64,000 nt of DNA from a virus (IMGVR_UViG_3300014205_000176); one strand, 5' to 3'. Shown: positions 1 to 10,469, counted from the stretch's first letter. Notes: generated from the sequence alone by a model not told the origin. Numbers and translations: made by a program.

Positions 1-307
1 ATTTGACGTACACCTTACCAGAGAACAACTTGATAGTGTCTCCGATTCCTTCGCCGGCCATATCGAAATGGAACGCGAACAGGAGGGTTACAAGTTCTGG
101 GGACCGCACGTTTGTGACGATTGCACGAGACTAAAAGAGCGAGTGAAGGATTTAGAAAAACAATTGGCCGACGCTTACGAAGGCGGAGAGCGTGCGGTAA
201 AGCGAATCCTTGGGCTCTTTCCGGACGACCCCATTGCAATAGACAAACATGGTAACGTTGAGAGGATGCGATGATACTTCTAATTCTAATTGGTTTATTG
301 ATCGTGA

Positions 308-1612
308 TTGTTCGCCCATGGGAATCAGAACCAGAATACGATTTTTCTCGCGGCTCAGTATTTCCAGAATATATGTAATAGAATGTCATTTGCAAAACCA
401 AAGAAGCTCCGGTGGAGAAGGCTTCTCTCCTTCGCTACTGATATTATCAACAAAACCCCGCACCGTAGCGATGGGATGTTGACGAAGGTTATCAAGACGC
501 TTGCAGTAATTGATTCATTCAATACCCAAATGACCAAGGGTGGAAAGTCATCCGCCATATCAAGCTTCTTTGGTGACCTTGACTTGGTAGAAGTAACCAA
601 CGATCAGTTCGTCAACCTCTTCTATTCTACAGGCCTAAGAGATAGCTTCACCATTACTAGGATTGAGGTTGGTGACTACTGCGAGATCGTCAAGGCAACC
701 CGTGCGGATATCGGAACCCTATACTTCGTTGAGTGGCATTGGGGACGGCGGCCTGAACCATCTGCAGACTTCTACCACACGCCGGGATTCAATTTCGAGA
801 AGGCCCTTGCTGTGCTGTGGGAGAACTTCCATGGCCGCATTCATCTAGGGATAACTCAAGGTCGGGAGGGAGAACTCAAATCCACCTATTCCGAAATCCC
901 CGAACCAAAAGAATATCTCTTTGGTAAAACAAGAGAGATGCTTCAAGAGTTCAAGGAACAACATCTACTCTACGTCAGAGACCACGTACCACGCACCTAC
1001 CTCTTCTGCGGCAAGCAAGGCATTGGTAAGACATCCTTCTGCCTTCGCTTAGCAGCGCTCACTGGAGGAAGGACTCTGCGCATTGATGCTTGTGGCATGA
1101 CGGAGGTGGGGGTTAGGGACCTAGACTTCATCGTCAATGGGTTGTGTCCGAACTTCCTGATTGTAGATGACATAGACCGTGCCCCAGACCTTACCAAGTC
1201 TTTACCAACGCTGTTCTCAATTCTCTCTGACTTCAAGCGCAAGCACCCAAATGTTACGGTGGCGATGACCATCAATGACATCAATCAACTTGATGTGGCT
1301 TTGATAAGGCCAGAGCGGATTGATGAGATCATCGAGCTGGAACCTCCCGATGGAGAAGATCGGACGGACATTCTAAAGGGGTACTTGGAGGCTTTCGGAG
1401 TTACCGGCGAGGTTGATATCGCCAAGCTCTCTGAAGCCACTGAGGGGCTGACTGCCGCCTACCTTCAGGAGATTGCCTTGCAGCTTCGATACCGCCCTCA
1501 GGAGAAGGTTCTGAAGCTTGTGACTAGGATGAATGAGCTGACCAAGGCAAAGGCTGTAGAGAAGGAATCTAAACCAGGTGACATTTGGCACAGGGCCTCA
1601 ACCAAGGCATGA
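308..1612 (+). CDS. AAA+ family ATPase
   Basis: Walker A 'CGKQGIGKTS' and Walker B 'FLIVDDID' in a 434-aa ORF; downstream AAA-like region ('VAMTINDINQLDVALIRPERID'). Confidence 0.6.
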   Translation: MFAHGNQNQNTIFLAAQYFQNICNRMSFAKPKKLRWRRLLSFATDIINKTPHRSDGMLTKVIKTLAVIDSFNTQMTKGGKSSAISSFFGDLDLVEVTNDQFVNLFYSTGLRDSFTITRIEVGDYCEIVKATRADIGTLYFVEWHWGRRPEPSADFYHTPGFNFEKALAVLWENFHGRIHLGITQGREGELKSTYSEIPEPKEYLFGKTREMLQEFKEQHLLYVRDHVPRTYLFCGKQGIGKTSFCLRLAALTGGRTLRIDACGMTEVGVRDLDFIVNGLCPNFLIVDDIDRAPDLTKSLPTLFSILSDFKRKHPNVTVAMTINDINQLDVALIRPERIDEIIELEPPDGEDRTDILKGYLEAFGVTGEVDIAKLSEATEGLTAAYLQEIALQLRYRPQEKVLKLVTRMNELTKAKAVEKESKPGDIWHRASTKA

Positions 1613-1615
1613 GTT

Positions 1616-2113
1616 ATGTTCAAGTCAATCGACCTATCTTCTTTAGAATCTACCTGGGCGTACGCACCTGGGGAAGAAGTTTCTCCTGGGGTTTGGGTAA
1701 CGTGGACACATAATTTTGAGAACTTTTATCTTACCAAAGAGTTTGAAAGTTTTTGTGAGTGTACTTTAGCAGCCACGGATGGGGTAGACCCTTTGAAATG
1801 GTTTGTGGATTCTGGTTTTCGCAGCACGTATGGTGTCTGTGATAGTCCTGAGCAATTCCTGGCCAGTGATGTTTACAAGTTCTACAACGAGCGGCCAGAA
1901 GAGTTCATTGCAACTTTGACGGAGGTTCGTAAGGATGACCAACCAAAGCAGGGTGGCTGGCGATGGCACAAGTGGGGACCGTACATTGGGACTCACGAGA
2001 AGCAGTTCGAGTACCTGGCTGATGAAGAGGGAATCGAGCGCGTGTTCTGCTACCACATCGTGTTGAGGGTGAGTCTCAAAGAACGCCTAGGAGCAATTAC
2101 CCCCGAGGATTAG
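1616..2113 (+). CDS. hypothetical protein
   Basis: 165-aa ORF tightly packed after the preceding gene, same strand. Confidence 0.4.
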   Translation: MFKSIDLSSLESTWAYAPGEEVSPGVWVTWTHNFENFYLTKEFESFCECTLAATDGVDPLKWFVDSGFRSTYGVCDSPEQFLASDVYKFYNERPEEFIATLTEVRKDDQPKQGGWRWHKWGPYIGTHEKQFEYLADEEGIERVFCYHIVLRVSLKERLGAITPED

Positions 2114-2117
2114 TTTT

Positions 2118-2360
2118 ATGACTGTAGAATTATCAGGTCAAGAATCTAAGGCGCTTTGCAAGTGGGCTGGCGTAGACCTTTCTCAAAGCTGCAATGATGA
2201 TGGATCTCCAAATCCATTATTGGTTGCTGGTGCTATACGCAATGTCATTAGGGCTTCGGAGCAGTTGGGTCCGAAGCTCGTTGCGATGCTTGCGGTGCGT
2301 GGTTTGATTGAGCCCGGCGAGACTCCAGTAGATGCTTTGGAAAGGTTGCTAGATTCATGA
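2118..2360 (+). CDS. hypothetical protein
   Basis: 80-aa ORF in the plus-strand gene train. Confidence 0.35.
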   Translation: MTVELSGQESKALCKWAGVDLSQSCNDDGSPNPLLVAGAIRNVIRASEQLGPKLVAMLAVRGLIEPGETPVDALERLLDS

Positions 2361-2671
2361 AGACTATATTCATCCTTGAAGATGATGATGAGGTGGCAAC
2401 CTCCGATCTTTGCCGCCCATTGAATCCATCTGGTGCGCTGGAACTGTCCGCATTTGGTAGGTATGTTCGGAACAACTCAACATGGATTCCGGTGACAGAA
2501 GTACTTGGTCCGATGTGGATGGGGAAGAAGTTGGGCGCGATAAAGAGGGAGCTAACTGAGAAGTCTGTCCATGAGTATGTGTTCGAATACGAAGTGATTC
2601 GAGGGGAAGTTCCGAGAGATCATTTGCTGGATGTAGATGCTTATAAGACTCAGATGCTACATGGGTTCTAA
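2357..2671 (+). CDS. hypothetical protein
   Basis: 104-aa ORF; 4-nt overlap with upstream gene typical of phage operons. Confidence 0.4.
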   Translation: MKTIFILEDDDEVATSDLCRPLNPSGALELSAFGRYVRNNSTWIPVTEVLGPMWMGKKLGAIKRELTEKSVHEYVFEYEVIRGEVPRDHLLDVDAYKTQMLHGF

Positions 2672-2673
2672 CT

Positions 2674-3060
2674 ATGACTTACGCTGAATGGATTGCGGCC
2701 TACATCGAATCTCAGAATGGTATTGTATATGGGCAATGCTCTTCTGCAGTTGCTGCGATGGTCAAGGTGTTTCCCGAGCTTCGCATTGTTCGGGGTCATG
2801 TGTTCGATTTGCAGTTGGGGCAACGAAGTCATTGGTGGTTGGTGACTGCAGCTGGTGAGATTGTAGATCCTACCAAAGGCCAATTCCCTTGCCTCATGGA
2901 GTATGAAGAGTGGGTGCCTGGTACTGAGGTGCGGGTTGGGGCTTGTATGCAGTGCGGGGCTGATATCTGGGAAGCTGTTGATTCGCTTGATGGGCCACCT
3001 ATTCATCGCAACTTTTGCAGTTCAGAATGTGAAGCTGAGTTGATTAGTGAATACAGATGA
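2674..3060 (+). CDS. hypothetical protein with C-terminal Cys cluster
   Basis: 128-aa ORF; 'CMQCGADIW...CSSEC' possible zinc-binding site. Confidence 0.4.
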   Translation: MTYAEWIAAYIESQNGIVYGQCSSAVAAMVKVFPELRIVRGHVFDLQLGQRSHWWLVTAAGEIVDPTKGQFPCLMEYEEWVPGTEVRVGACMQCGADIWEAVDSLDGPPIHRNFCSSECEAELISEYR

Positions 3061-3971
3061 TGCGTTACAGGAAAGACAAAATGAACAAGCTACAAAAAAT
3101 TGCCGAAGACACAATCGCTGCTATCGATGCCGAGAAGTACACCACTCCTTCAGGCCGCACGCTATCGCTCGACAAGCTGATGGCATCCTGCACTCGAAGG
3201 TCAGTTCTCTACAAGCCAGATGGCATTGCGGAACTGGAGAAGTCCAATGGTCTCACTCGGAAGATCGTGGTGGCTCCAGAGATCATGGTGACGAGGGAGT
3301 CAACGCTGGAGGCTGCGGCGCGGTTGGCTGGTGAGCGTCCCTGCATCCTCAACTTCGCTTCGGCAAAACACCCTGGTGGCGGCTTCCTGCGTGGGTCTCC
3401 GGCGCAAGAGGAGAGTATTGCGCGCAGCTCTGGGTTGTTCCCAACGCTGATTCGGCACCCTGAGTTCTACGAAGAGAACAAGAAGTCACAGAGAAATAAC
3501 ATTGGGTTGTATTTGGACTATGCCATTTACTCTCCGGATGTTCCAGTCATCCGCAATGATGCTGGTGAATGGTTAGAGGAACCATACTTTGTGTCTGTTG
3601 TTACATCGCCAGCTCCTAATCGTCATGCAATCTTCGATGATGAAGACAACAAGATGGATGACGATCAAGAGGAAGCAATGGAGATGAAGATTGAACAGAC
3701 TTTTTCAAAGAGAATGAAACAAGTACTCTCAATCATGGCAGCTCAAGGACATCGAACGATCATCCTGGGAGCGTGGGGATGCGGGGTATTTGGCAATGAT
3801 CCATTGATGGTTGCTGAATTGTTCAGAGACAACTTGAAGCTTCTGCCGTTTTTTGATAAAGTGGCGTTCCCAATATACGACCGGTCGGACTCAGAAACGC
3901 TCCGGTCATTCGTTCAAATCTTCGGGCCGGAGGTTGACCCACGGACCGGTTCGAAACCACAACCGAATTGA
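3057..3971 (+). CDS. bacterial-type poly(ADP-ribose) glycohydrolase-like macrodomain protein (DUF2263/TIGR02452-like)
   Basis: PARG signature GGG-x7-QEE ('HPGGGFLRGSPAQEES') plus 'ILGAWGCGVFGNDP' macrodomain-like segment. Confidence 0.6.
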   Translation: MMRYRKDKMNKLQKIAEDTIAAIDAEKYTTPSGRTLSLDKLMASCTRRSVLYKPDGIAELEKSNGLTRKIVVAPEIMVTRESTLEAAARLAGERPCILNFASAKHPGGGFLRGSPAQEESIARSSGLFPTLIRHPEFYEENKKSQRNNIGLYLDYAIYSPDVPVIRNDAGEWLEEPYFVSVVTSPAPNRHAIFDDEDNKMDDDQEEAMEMKIEQTFSKRMKQVLSIMAAQGHRTIILGAWGCGVFGNDPLMVAELFRDNLKLLPFFDKVAFPIYDRSDSETLRSFVQIFGPEVDPRTGSKPQPN

Positions 3972-4037
3972 GGAACTCCGGCATAGTCAACTGTATTGGA
4001 TTGACTTGAACTCAATCAACCATTTGGAGAGGCTGCT

Positions 4038-4388
4038 TTGATTGGCCGTCTCTTCACCAAGAACAAAATGTCAATCACAGTAGCAATTGAACCGCCAGGA
4101 TATCGCAAGCCCAATGTGAAGGCGGCATTGGAAATTGGATACGCTCCAGTCATGGCCTTTTATGGTGACTGCATGGGTGTTGCCTTGGTCAATAGAGACC
4201 CAGCTCAGCTTCACCTTTCTTTCGTTATGCTCTATGAGGATGATGGTTGGTGGTACGAATCCAAAGGTAACCCAATCGATTCGCATTGGATGCCTGAGAT
4301 GATCGAGGTTCTACAGGAAGCACATCGCTGGGTGAAAGCGCACGCCAGGAAGTCCAAGGATGGTTGCGGATGGGAGGCTAAGAAGTGA
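4038..4388 (+). CDS. hypothetical protein
   Basis: 116-aa ORF. Confidence 0.4.
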   Translation: MIGRLFTKNKMSITVAIEPPGYRKPNVKAALEIGYAPVMAFYGDCMGVALVNRDPAQLHLSFVMLYEDDGWWYESKGNPIDSHWMPEMIEVLQEAHRWVKAHARKSKDGCGWEAKK

Positions 4389-4714
4389 CCGACACACTAT
4401 GTGATTGTTGCGAAGTGCTCCACGAAATGTTATGTAAATGCTGCGAATTTGGAATAATCTCTCCTCCGGTGAGTAATTGTAAATTGTACAATCCATCCAC
4501 TGCCTGCCCAGCTGATGCTGCTGAGATAGTGATCACGGCCGTTGATGCGGTAAAGGCATACTACGCCGACCCTGGGCGATTGAGTACGAATGTAGTGGCC
4601 TCGATCGGTAGTAAGTGGCTCGAAGAGGCTATGAATAACTTGAGGTTAGCACTGATTGCCGGTGGCCATCTTCACTTACCTATGCCTACGGATGAGGTTG
4701 ATGACAATGATTAA
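4385..4714 (+). CDS. hypothetical Cys-rich protein
   Basis: 109-aa ORF with 'CDCCEVLHEMLCKCCE'. Confidence 0.4.
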   Translation: MTDTLCDCCEVLHEMLCKCCEFGIISPPVSNCKLYNPSTACPADAAEIVITAVDAVKAYYADPGRLSTNVVASIGSKWLEEAMNNLRLALIAGGHLHLPMPTDEVDDND

Positions 4715-5072
4715 AGGCAGAGCCTTCATCTCTGGACCGTACCGTGGTGATCTCACCGATGCTTGCATTGCAGCTAACCTTGCTAAAGCTAGGGTTGTAG
4801 CTCAAGAAGTAACACGATTGGGTTGGGTTCCGGTCTGTCCTAACCTAATGTTCACTGAGTTCGCTGAATTGCAGAATTGGAATTTCTGGTTAGAGGCCTC
4901 ACTTAAAGAACTTGACACATGTGACATCTTGGTGTTGGTTCCTGGTTGGCGAAATTCAACTGGGGTTAGTGGAGAAATAGTTCGTGCAGTAGAACGACAC
5001 ATGCCAGTGTTCAAGTCATCTGAAGATCTTGCTATCTATGAAGCAGACCTATTAGGAATGGCGATTCTATGA
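4701..5072 (+). CDS. nucleoside 2-deoxyribosyltransferase-like (DUF4406-like) protein
   Basis: Fold-level resemblance ('GPYRGD...VPVCPNLMF...LVLVPGWRNSTGVSGEI'). Start moved to the in-frame ATG at 4701 to avoid a long overlap with the upstream gene. Confidence 0.35.
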   Translation: MTMIKGRAFISGPYRGDLTDACIAANLAKARVVAQEVTRLGWVPVCPNLMFTEFAELQNWNFWLEASLKELDTCDILVLVPGWRNSTGVSGEIVRAVERHMPVFKSSEDLAIYEADLLGMAIL

Positions 5073-5701
5073 CTGACAAATCTGAAATGCCAGTAGCTGC
5101 TAGTATTATTGTGCAGTACTTGCAGCACCTATCTCAGGAACATTACTGCGCAAAATGGACTGCGGATATTGAGCATAGCATCTGGGAACATGTGATAGGG
5201 CCAGACCCAGCTCCAGAAGAGGATGGACGCTTTTGGAATAGAATTGGTAATGATCTCGTCCAGCTGCGCAAGCTAGCCGCTGAGTGCAAGGGCTGGGTTT
5301 GCTTCAATGACCTTGCAACTGGACCAGATGACTTCAGATCTTTTGTTCCGATAGAGGAATGGATCAAGCAGCATGCGGCTCATACCGGCAAGGAGATGAC
5401 CGAAGAGCAACGTCATCGACTGAATGCCTTTATGAACGAACGTCTGAGTGACAAGCAGCGCAAGCTACAAGACCATGCGGCAGCTGTAGTTCTGGCCATC
5501 CAAGCATCAGGGCGCACCGATGTTCATCTGGACTTCCTAGAGGTGTTGCGAATGATCCCATTGGAGTTGCGCGGCTGCCCAGATTGCGGCACTCATCCGG
5601 GCGGAGTTCATCATCCGAAGTGTAAGAGCCTGACCTATGAAAAGGTTCGTTCTGAAACGGTATATGATGATGCGTTCATAGAGAAGGTTCCATGGAGATA
5701 G
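5069..5701 (+). CDS. hypothetical protein
   Basis: 210-aa ORF; C-terminal 'CPDCGTHPGGVHHPKC'. Confidence 0.4.
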   Translation: MTDKSEMPVAASIIVQYLQHLSQEHYCAKWTADIEHSIWEHVIGPDPAPEEDGRFWNRIGNDLVQLRKLAAECKGWVCFNDLATGPDDFRSFVPIEEWIKQHAAHTGKEMTEEQRHRLNAFMNERLSDKQRKLQDHAAAVVLAIQASGRTDVHLDFLEVLRMIPLELRGCPDCGTHPGGVHHPKCKSLTYEKVRSETVYDDAFIEKVPWR

Positions 5702-5723
5702 GCCAGGTGATAAAGCAAATGCA

Positions 5724-6074
5724 GTGCGCAACCTGCGGAACATTGCGAAGAGCATTGAAGAGCAGGCCAACGCCATTGAGAATGGCACTCTCCCAAATCT
5801 CTTGAATGTAGGTTATGGTTGGAGAGATGATAATATTGGCCCAATTGACTTGGGATATGGAGCCTACCATCTGACGGTCTTGGAAGCTAGATGCTTGGTT
5901 TCGAAACTGCTTGGTGCCATCTATGCTCTTGGCGGTAATGGAAACACCCAAGGGCAAGCACATGAACCCATCGAACATGCATTCATTGACGCTCTGAAAA
6001 CTGGGCTGACGTTTCCGTTAGACGAAGAACAAATCCTCAAGGTATTGCAAGAAGCGAAGGCTCGGAATGGCTAA
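5724..6074 (+). CDS. hypothetical protein
   Basis: 116-aa ORF. Confidence 0.35.
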   Translation: MRNLRNIAKSIEEQANAIENGTLPNLLNVGYGWRDDNIGPIDLGYGAYHLTVLEARCLVSKLLGAIYALGGNGNTQGQAHEPIEHAFIDALKTGLTFPLDEEQILKVLQEAKARNG

Positions 6075-6549
6075 GACTTCATTACAGGCTCATGAAGGAT
6101 GGATCCCTAAGGATAGTTGCAAGGATCGTTTCCTCTACCGCATTAATTCGCGCAACCTATTCTTAGGTGTCTTCCGCGCGGCAACTGGTGGCTTCATTGG
6201 TTTGCGCACGAAGTTCGGCAGCGTGTATGCCTTCGAGGAATACCACTGGGACAATGAAGCTTTCGCAACGGTCAAGCCAGAAGAGCAACTGGAAGAGTTG
6301 CCGGCGGAGATTGTTTTGGATACAGGTCTAGGTTCGAGGTGTCATAACTGTCACAAGACCTGTGCGTACATCGATTTCCTTGATGGTCCTCGTGAGAAAG
6401 ACTATGGCGGCGAACGCAAAGTCTCGATACGTGGAGAGTGGAAGCATACCGAGCCAAGTGATTGCACTGAGGTTCTAGCTTACGGAGAACCAAATGCTCC
6501 GCTAGAAAAATGGCTACACGAAATGGAGGCTAAGTATGTCAGCGATTGA
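6067..6549 (+). CDS. hypothetical protein
   Basis: 160-aa ORF. Confidence 0.4.
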   Translation: MAKTSLQAHEGWIPKDSCKDRFLYRINSRNLFLGVFRAATGGFIGLRTKFGSVYAFEEYHWDNEAFATVKPEEQLEELPAEIVLDTGLGSRCHNCHKTCAYIDFLDGPREKDYGGERKVSIRGEWKHTEPSDCTEVLAYGEPNAPLEKWLHEMEAKYVSD

Positions 6550-6793
6550 TTATAAGAATCTGTTGTCTCCTATCGTGTATGGAAAGATCCGTTTCGTAGA
6601 GGACGATGGGGGCCGAGCTGCAGCCGGCTTTGAGGGTACGGCTGATGATTGTGCCACTCGTGCGATAGCGATTGTTGCCGAGCTTCCATACAAGGATGTT
6701 CATGCCGCACTAACCGAGTGGCAGGGTTGGGCCGCTGATGCTGGTGGGAATGGTTCTGACCATTTCACTTGCAGAAAGGTAGGATTATTGTAA
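6536..6793 (+). CDS. hypothetical protein
   Basis: 85-aa ORF. Confidence 0.3.
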   Translation: MSAIDYKNLLSPIVYGKIRFVEDDGGRAAAGFEGTADDCATRAIAIVAELPYKDVHAALTEWQGWAADAGGNGSDHFTCRKVGLL

Positions 6794-6902
6794 GGGTGTC
6801 TCATCATTTTGCGGCAGTCATTGATGGAGTCCTACACGACACCCACGACTGCTCTCGCTATGGCAAGCGCTGCGTATACGGATACTTCAAGAAGGAATCT
6901 AT

Positions 6903-7742
6903 ATGACCATAACTCGCTACAGCTTTTTCAATGTGCGATGTCTACCGAACTGTTCAGACAAGAACCTTTGCTTCACCGAACATGCACCACCAAAAAAGGA
7001 ATGCGACCATCCAATCTGTTGTTGCACGAGCAATGTTTCGATTCGTCCGACTGGGGAGCCATCATCGGTAACCCAGCACATTGAATTCGTACCGCTGCAG
7101 TTGGGGAAGTTTCGTCCAGAGTTTGGTCTGGATAATGGATGGCTTATCTTTCGTTGGGACATGACTCCTGAGGATATTGAGAAGTGTATCTATGATGATG
7201 ATAATCGCGATCCTCATGCGTACTTCATGTTCCATCCCGCTCAGCGCAGCGTAAAGATTCAGGTGATGGTTCCTGGGTATGGATTGACAGATTACTTCTT
7301 TGCCGATCTGTATATGGGTAACCAGATTGACGTCAGCAAGTTCATCAATGGGCACTCCGCGTCCGAGATGGTAAACCTCTCTGGTACAGCTCACAAGTTA
7401 TCACTATCTCCGATTACAAGCGAAGACCTCTGGCTGCACAAATGCAACTGGGGAGTGGAGGCGATGCGAGTCTTTGGAGATAGCGAAGAGGCGCGGGCCT
7501 GGAGAGATGCAATCATCCGAATGGAACGCCTTCATCAGCTGATGTCGAAGTACAGATCAAAAGAAACTTTCAGTTGGCCAATTGAAGATATTCGAGAGGA
7601 TGTCAGAGCCAACTTGGAGATCTTTGAAATCGCTAGTCGCGTCGCCAATTATTGCGAACAAGTAGTCTTTGAGTTGCAAACCACGCATCTGTTTCGGCTA
7701 CAACAGGAACTAGATCTGGTACTTAAGGACGCCCATGTTTGA
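6903..7742 (+). CDS. hypothetical protein
   Basis: 279-aa ORF. Confidence 0.4.
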   Translation: MTITRYSFFNVRCLPNCSDKNLCFTEHAPPKKECDHPICCCTSNVSIRPTGEPSSVTQHIEFVPLQLGKFRPEFGLDNGWLIFRWDMTPEDIEKCIYDDDNRDPHAYFMFHPAQRSVKIQVMVPGYGLTDYFFADLYMGNQIDVSKFINGHSASEMVNLSGTAHKLSLSPITSEDLWLHKCNWGVEAMRVFGDSEEARAWRDAIIRMERLHQLMSKYRSKETFSWPIEDIREDVRANLEIFEIASRVANYCEQVVFELQTTHLFRLQQELDLVLKDAHV

Positions 7743-8136
7743 TGCTCCTTATGAGGCTATATTCCTTCTTCCGGAACCTCTCTGCAAATCCTGTGGCGCG
7801 AAGATACCTCCATCAGATTCGGGAGCAGACTCATCCGCCTGCCCGCAATGTGGTGAGATCTTCCATTGGTCTCTGAGGGAGAAGGTTGCCACTGCGGCGA
7901 TCATGGCATACGTTTCTGCGGAGGTGGTTAAGGAAGAAGCCGCCCGTATTCTTCGCGAGTTCAAAGCTCGGCGCTGGTGCAAGAGGCACGGTTTCCAGAG
8001 AGTGTTGCCACTAGAACATCCACCGGGAAGGACACTTGAATACTGTGTCCATTGCATTGCTGTGGCGATGGCTCATCCACCGACAAAAAGTTCACCAGAT
8101 GATTGTCCTGGAGTATTCCTTCCGAGGAACCAATGA
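7735..8136 (+). CDS. hypothetical zinc-ribbon protein
   Basis: 'CKSCGAKIP...CPQCGE' plus 'CVHC' motifs. Confidence 0.4.
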   Translation: MFDAPYEAIFLLPEPLCKSCGAKIPPSDSGADSSACPQCGEIFHWSLREKVATAAIMAYVSAEVVKEEAARILREFKARRWCKRHGFQRVLPLEHPPGRTLEYCVHCIAVAMAHPPTKSSPDDCPGVFLPRNQ

Positions 8137-8504
8137 GTATTGCGGACAAGCTCATAGCGATGTTCGAGGAGCGCCAGTTAGAACAGATCCAGAACTCATG
8201 GTGTCTAGCTGACAAGGCGGCACGCAAGCATCGTCTGAAGACTCTCATCGCCTTGGTGTTGGAGCTTGAGGAGATCAAGAAGGTCAGCATCTTCTCGACT
8301 GCCTTTGGAGAGATGGCTATCGAGGCTGTCATCCAGGGAGATTGGCGCGAGCTGGAAGAGGTGGTGGGGTACCAGACGTTCAAGGCTGAGCACCCTGATA
8401 TACAAGCCGAGTTCGCACCACTATGGGAGAAGTTCCGGGCGATTGCGGAGACGGCGATTGCAGAAGAGCGGCGCAGGGACGGGAAAGCAAGCGAGGCTCA
8501 CTAA
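8103..8504 (+). CDS. hypothetical protein
   Basis: 133-aa ORF. Confidence 0.4.
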   Translation: MSWSIPSEEPMSIADKLIAMFEERQLEQIQNSWCLADKAARKHRLKTLIALVLELEEIKKVSIFSTAFGEMAIEAVIQGDWRELEEVVGYQTFKAEHPDIQAEFAPLWEKFRAIAETAIAEERRRDGKASEAH

Positions 8505-9166
8505 TGTATCGAGTACTTCCAGTTGAAGATTTTCCTAGCTACAAGGCATTCCCCGGAGCTAATCCTCCTGCTTGGTTAGTGGTAACTCCATACATTCCAG
8601 AGAAGGAGCCGAAGGAACTGGCCTACAAGCTGCGCGGCACAACAACAAGAGAACAATGGTACACCGTAGTCTCGTCGCACCCTACCAAAGGCTCTGCTGA
8701 TAAAGCTTACAGAAAACTGATGTCACAAGGCAGGGCTCATGGATTCAAAGAGATGGTTGGTGAGGTAGATGATAAGCCCTACCATCTTGCAATGACCGAG
8801 AGGCAGGCACAGGTATTGGTGAATGCTCTTGACTTGTACTCTCGAATTGGTATGGGGCAATTGACAGAGGTTACACACATCTTACGTATGACTGTTGTTG
8901 GTAACCCAAGCGGCACAGTAGATGCTCTTGACGCTGTTGAGAGATTGACTCGGGAGGCTGCTTCTCTTTGGATGGGTGGTTCCGGAGGCTACTATGGAAT
9001 TACTAGCGATAAGATCAGTGACGTGTTCAGAGTGGCATGGGATCTTCAGCAAGTAATCCGGTATCGCTTGGCCTGGGATCGAAAGCCCGAGGGTGGGATT
9101 CAGGTTCACTTCGATAATCCAATGAAGACTTCTGCTGAGGAGCTTGCGCTTATAAAGAAGGTTTGA
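8504..9166 (+). CDS. hypothetical protein
   Basis: Start placed at the ATG overlapping the upstream stop (TAATG); 220 aa. Confidence 0.4.
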   Translation: MYRVLPVEDFPSYKAFPGANPPAWLVVTPYIPEKEPKELAYKLRGTTTREQWYTVVSSHPTKGSADKAYRKLMSQGRAHGFKEMVGEVDDKPYHLAMTERQAQVLVNALDLYSRIGMGQLTEVTHILRMTVVGNPSGTVDALDAVERLTREAASLWMGGSGGYYGITSDKISDVFRVAWDLQQVIRYRLAWDRKPEGGIQVHFDNPMKTSAEELALIKKV

Positions 9167-9167
9167 T

Positions 9168-9725
9168 TTGATTATGGATGATATGCATCTGCCTTGTGCT
9201 GTTTGTGGAAAACCTGAGCCATGCGATGAGTGGGCGTGCCGTGTTGAAATGAATCGGCGCAAGGGTTGCCCCGAGTATACGCCGAACAACTTGCCCATTC
9301 GTTGCATCCGTGCAGATGGGATGATGCTGGAGCACGAGCACGGCGATCATCCTGACTACATCTTCCCAGTGGAGGTTGAGTATGTAGGCCCAAAAGATGA
9401 GCGGCGCTATCAGTTGGTTGATAGAGAAGGCAATGTAGAGATGATGGACGAGGGATGGAAATACTCCATTGATCATGAGGAACATGCACTTCTTTATACG
9501 AATGGAAGCATTGCAGTTACCATCTATGAAACATGTAGCTCAATGTGGTCGTTACTATCATATCCGAAGTTCAAAGATAGTAAGCGTATTGAGGATAAAC
9601 CGGCAGGATTGTGTATGGGAGGTAGTCTTTGGCTAAAGGATGAGTGGAAACTTACTGACGAATCCTTGAAGAAGATTGCTAGATATTTCAAAACAAAATT
9701 AGAGAATGGTTATGAAGAGAAGTGA
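9168..9725 (+). CDS. hypothetical protein
   Basis: 185-aa ORF with N-terminal Cys cluster. Confidence 0.4.
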   Translation: MIMDDMHLPCAVCGKPEPCDEWACRVEMNRRKGCPEYTPNNLPIRCIRADGMMLEHEHGDHPDYIFPVEVEYVGPKDERRYQLVDREGNVEMMDEGWKYSIDHEEHALLYTNGSIAVTIYETCSSMWSLLSYPKFKDSKRIEDKPAGLCMGGSLWLKDEWKLTDESLKKIARYFKTKLENGYEEK

Positions 9726-9926
9726 AGCGAAGGAGATGATCGTCGCTTATATTACTGATGTTCAGGGATGTAAAGCCACTGAGCTTGCGGCGGCTTGGGC
9801 GGCATCATACAACGGTGAACATGGACTATCGAGAGAAAAGCTTCTATCTTCCTGGTAACACACAGGTTATTATAGACGCAGAACAAAAGGTTGTAGCGCC
9901 AGAAGTGAAAGCCGGAGCTAAGTAAC

Positions 9927-10469
9927 ATGGTCATTTCATTAGAGCAGGCTCAGGATTTTATAACTAGCATCCTTCCGAAGGTACGAACCAACTTCGAGGG
10001 GAATGGTTTCTTACACCCTGTGGCTTTCATTGGCGCGCAGATAAATCCGGAGACTAGTGAACCATTTGTTGAGACTACCATCATTGCAATAACTCCAGAG
10101 ATGCTTGGTGTTAGCATGAGTAATAATCAAGGAGTCCAAATGTATACAATGGGACTTCGTCAGATCTCTAAGATGTGCAAGGCCATAATGGTTGTTAGTG
10201 TAATTGAGGCGTGGAGATTGATGTTTCCCAAGGGAGAAGATCCTCGTGCTGGCCGTAAAAATTTCCCAAGATCATTGGAGCATGCACCTGGTCGTGAAGA
10301 GTGCATTCAGGTCATGATGGAGCACCACAAACTAAATGGTAAGGTAATGATGTGGTGTGCCACTATAACCCGCGATAAACAAGAACGTGGTATATTGGCC
10401 GAGTTTACTGGTCCTGATACTATAGATGGATCGGGAAGGTTCCTTGGTATGGTGGAGACTCTGTCATGA
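9927..10469 (+). CDS. hypothetical protein
   Basis: 180-aa ORF. Confidence 0.4.
   Translation: MVISLEQAQDFITSILPKVRTNFEGNGFLHPVAFIGAQINPETSEPFVETTIIAITPEMLGVSMSNNQGVQMYTMGLRQISKMCKAIMVVSVIEAWRLMFPKGEDPRAGRKNFPRSLEHAPGREECIQVMMEHHKLNGKVMMWCATITRDKQERGILAEFTGPDTIDGSGRFLGMVETLS

Noticed and set aside
15-401. Minus-strand ORF 15..401 and many other short antisense ORFs listed in the track
   Set aside because: They overlap longer plus-strand genes with clear motifs and show Arg/Ser-rich low-complexity translations typical of antisense frames.
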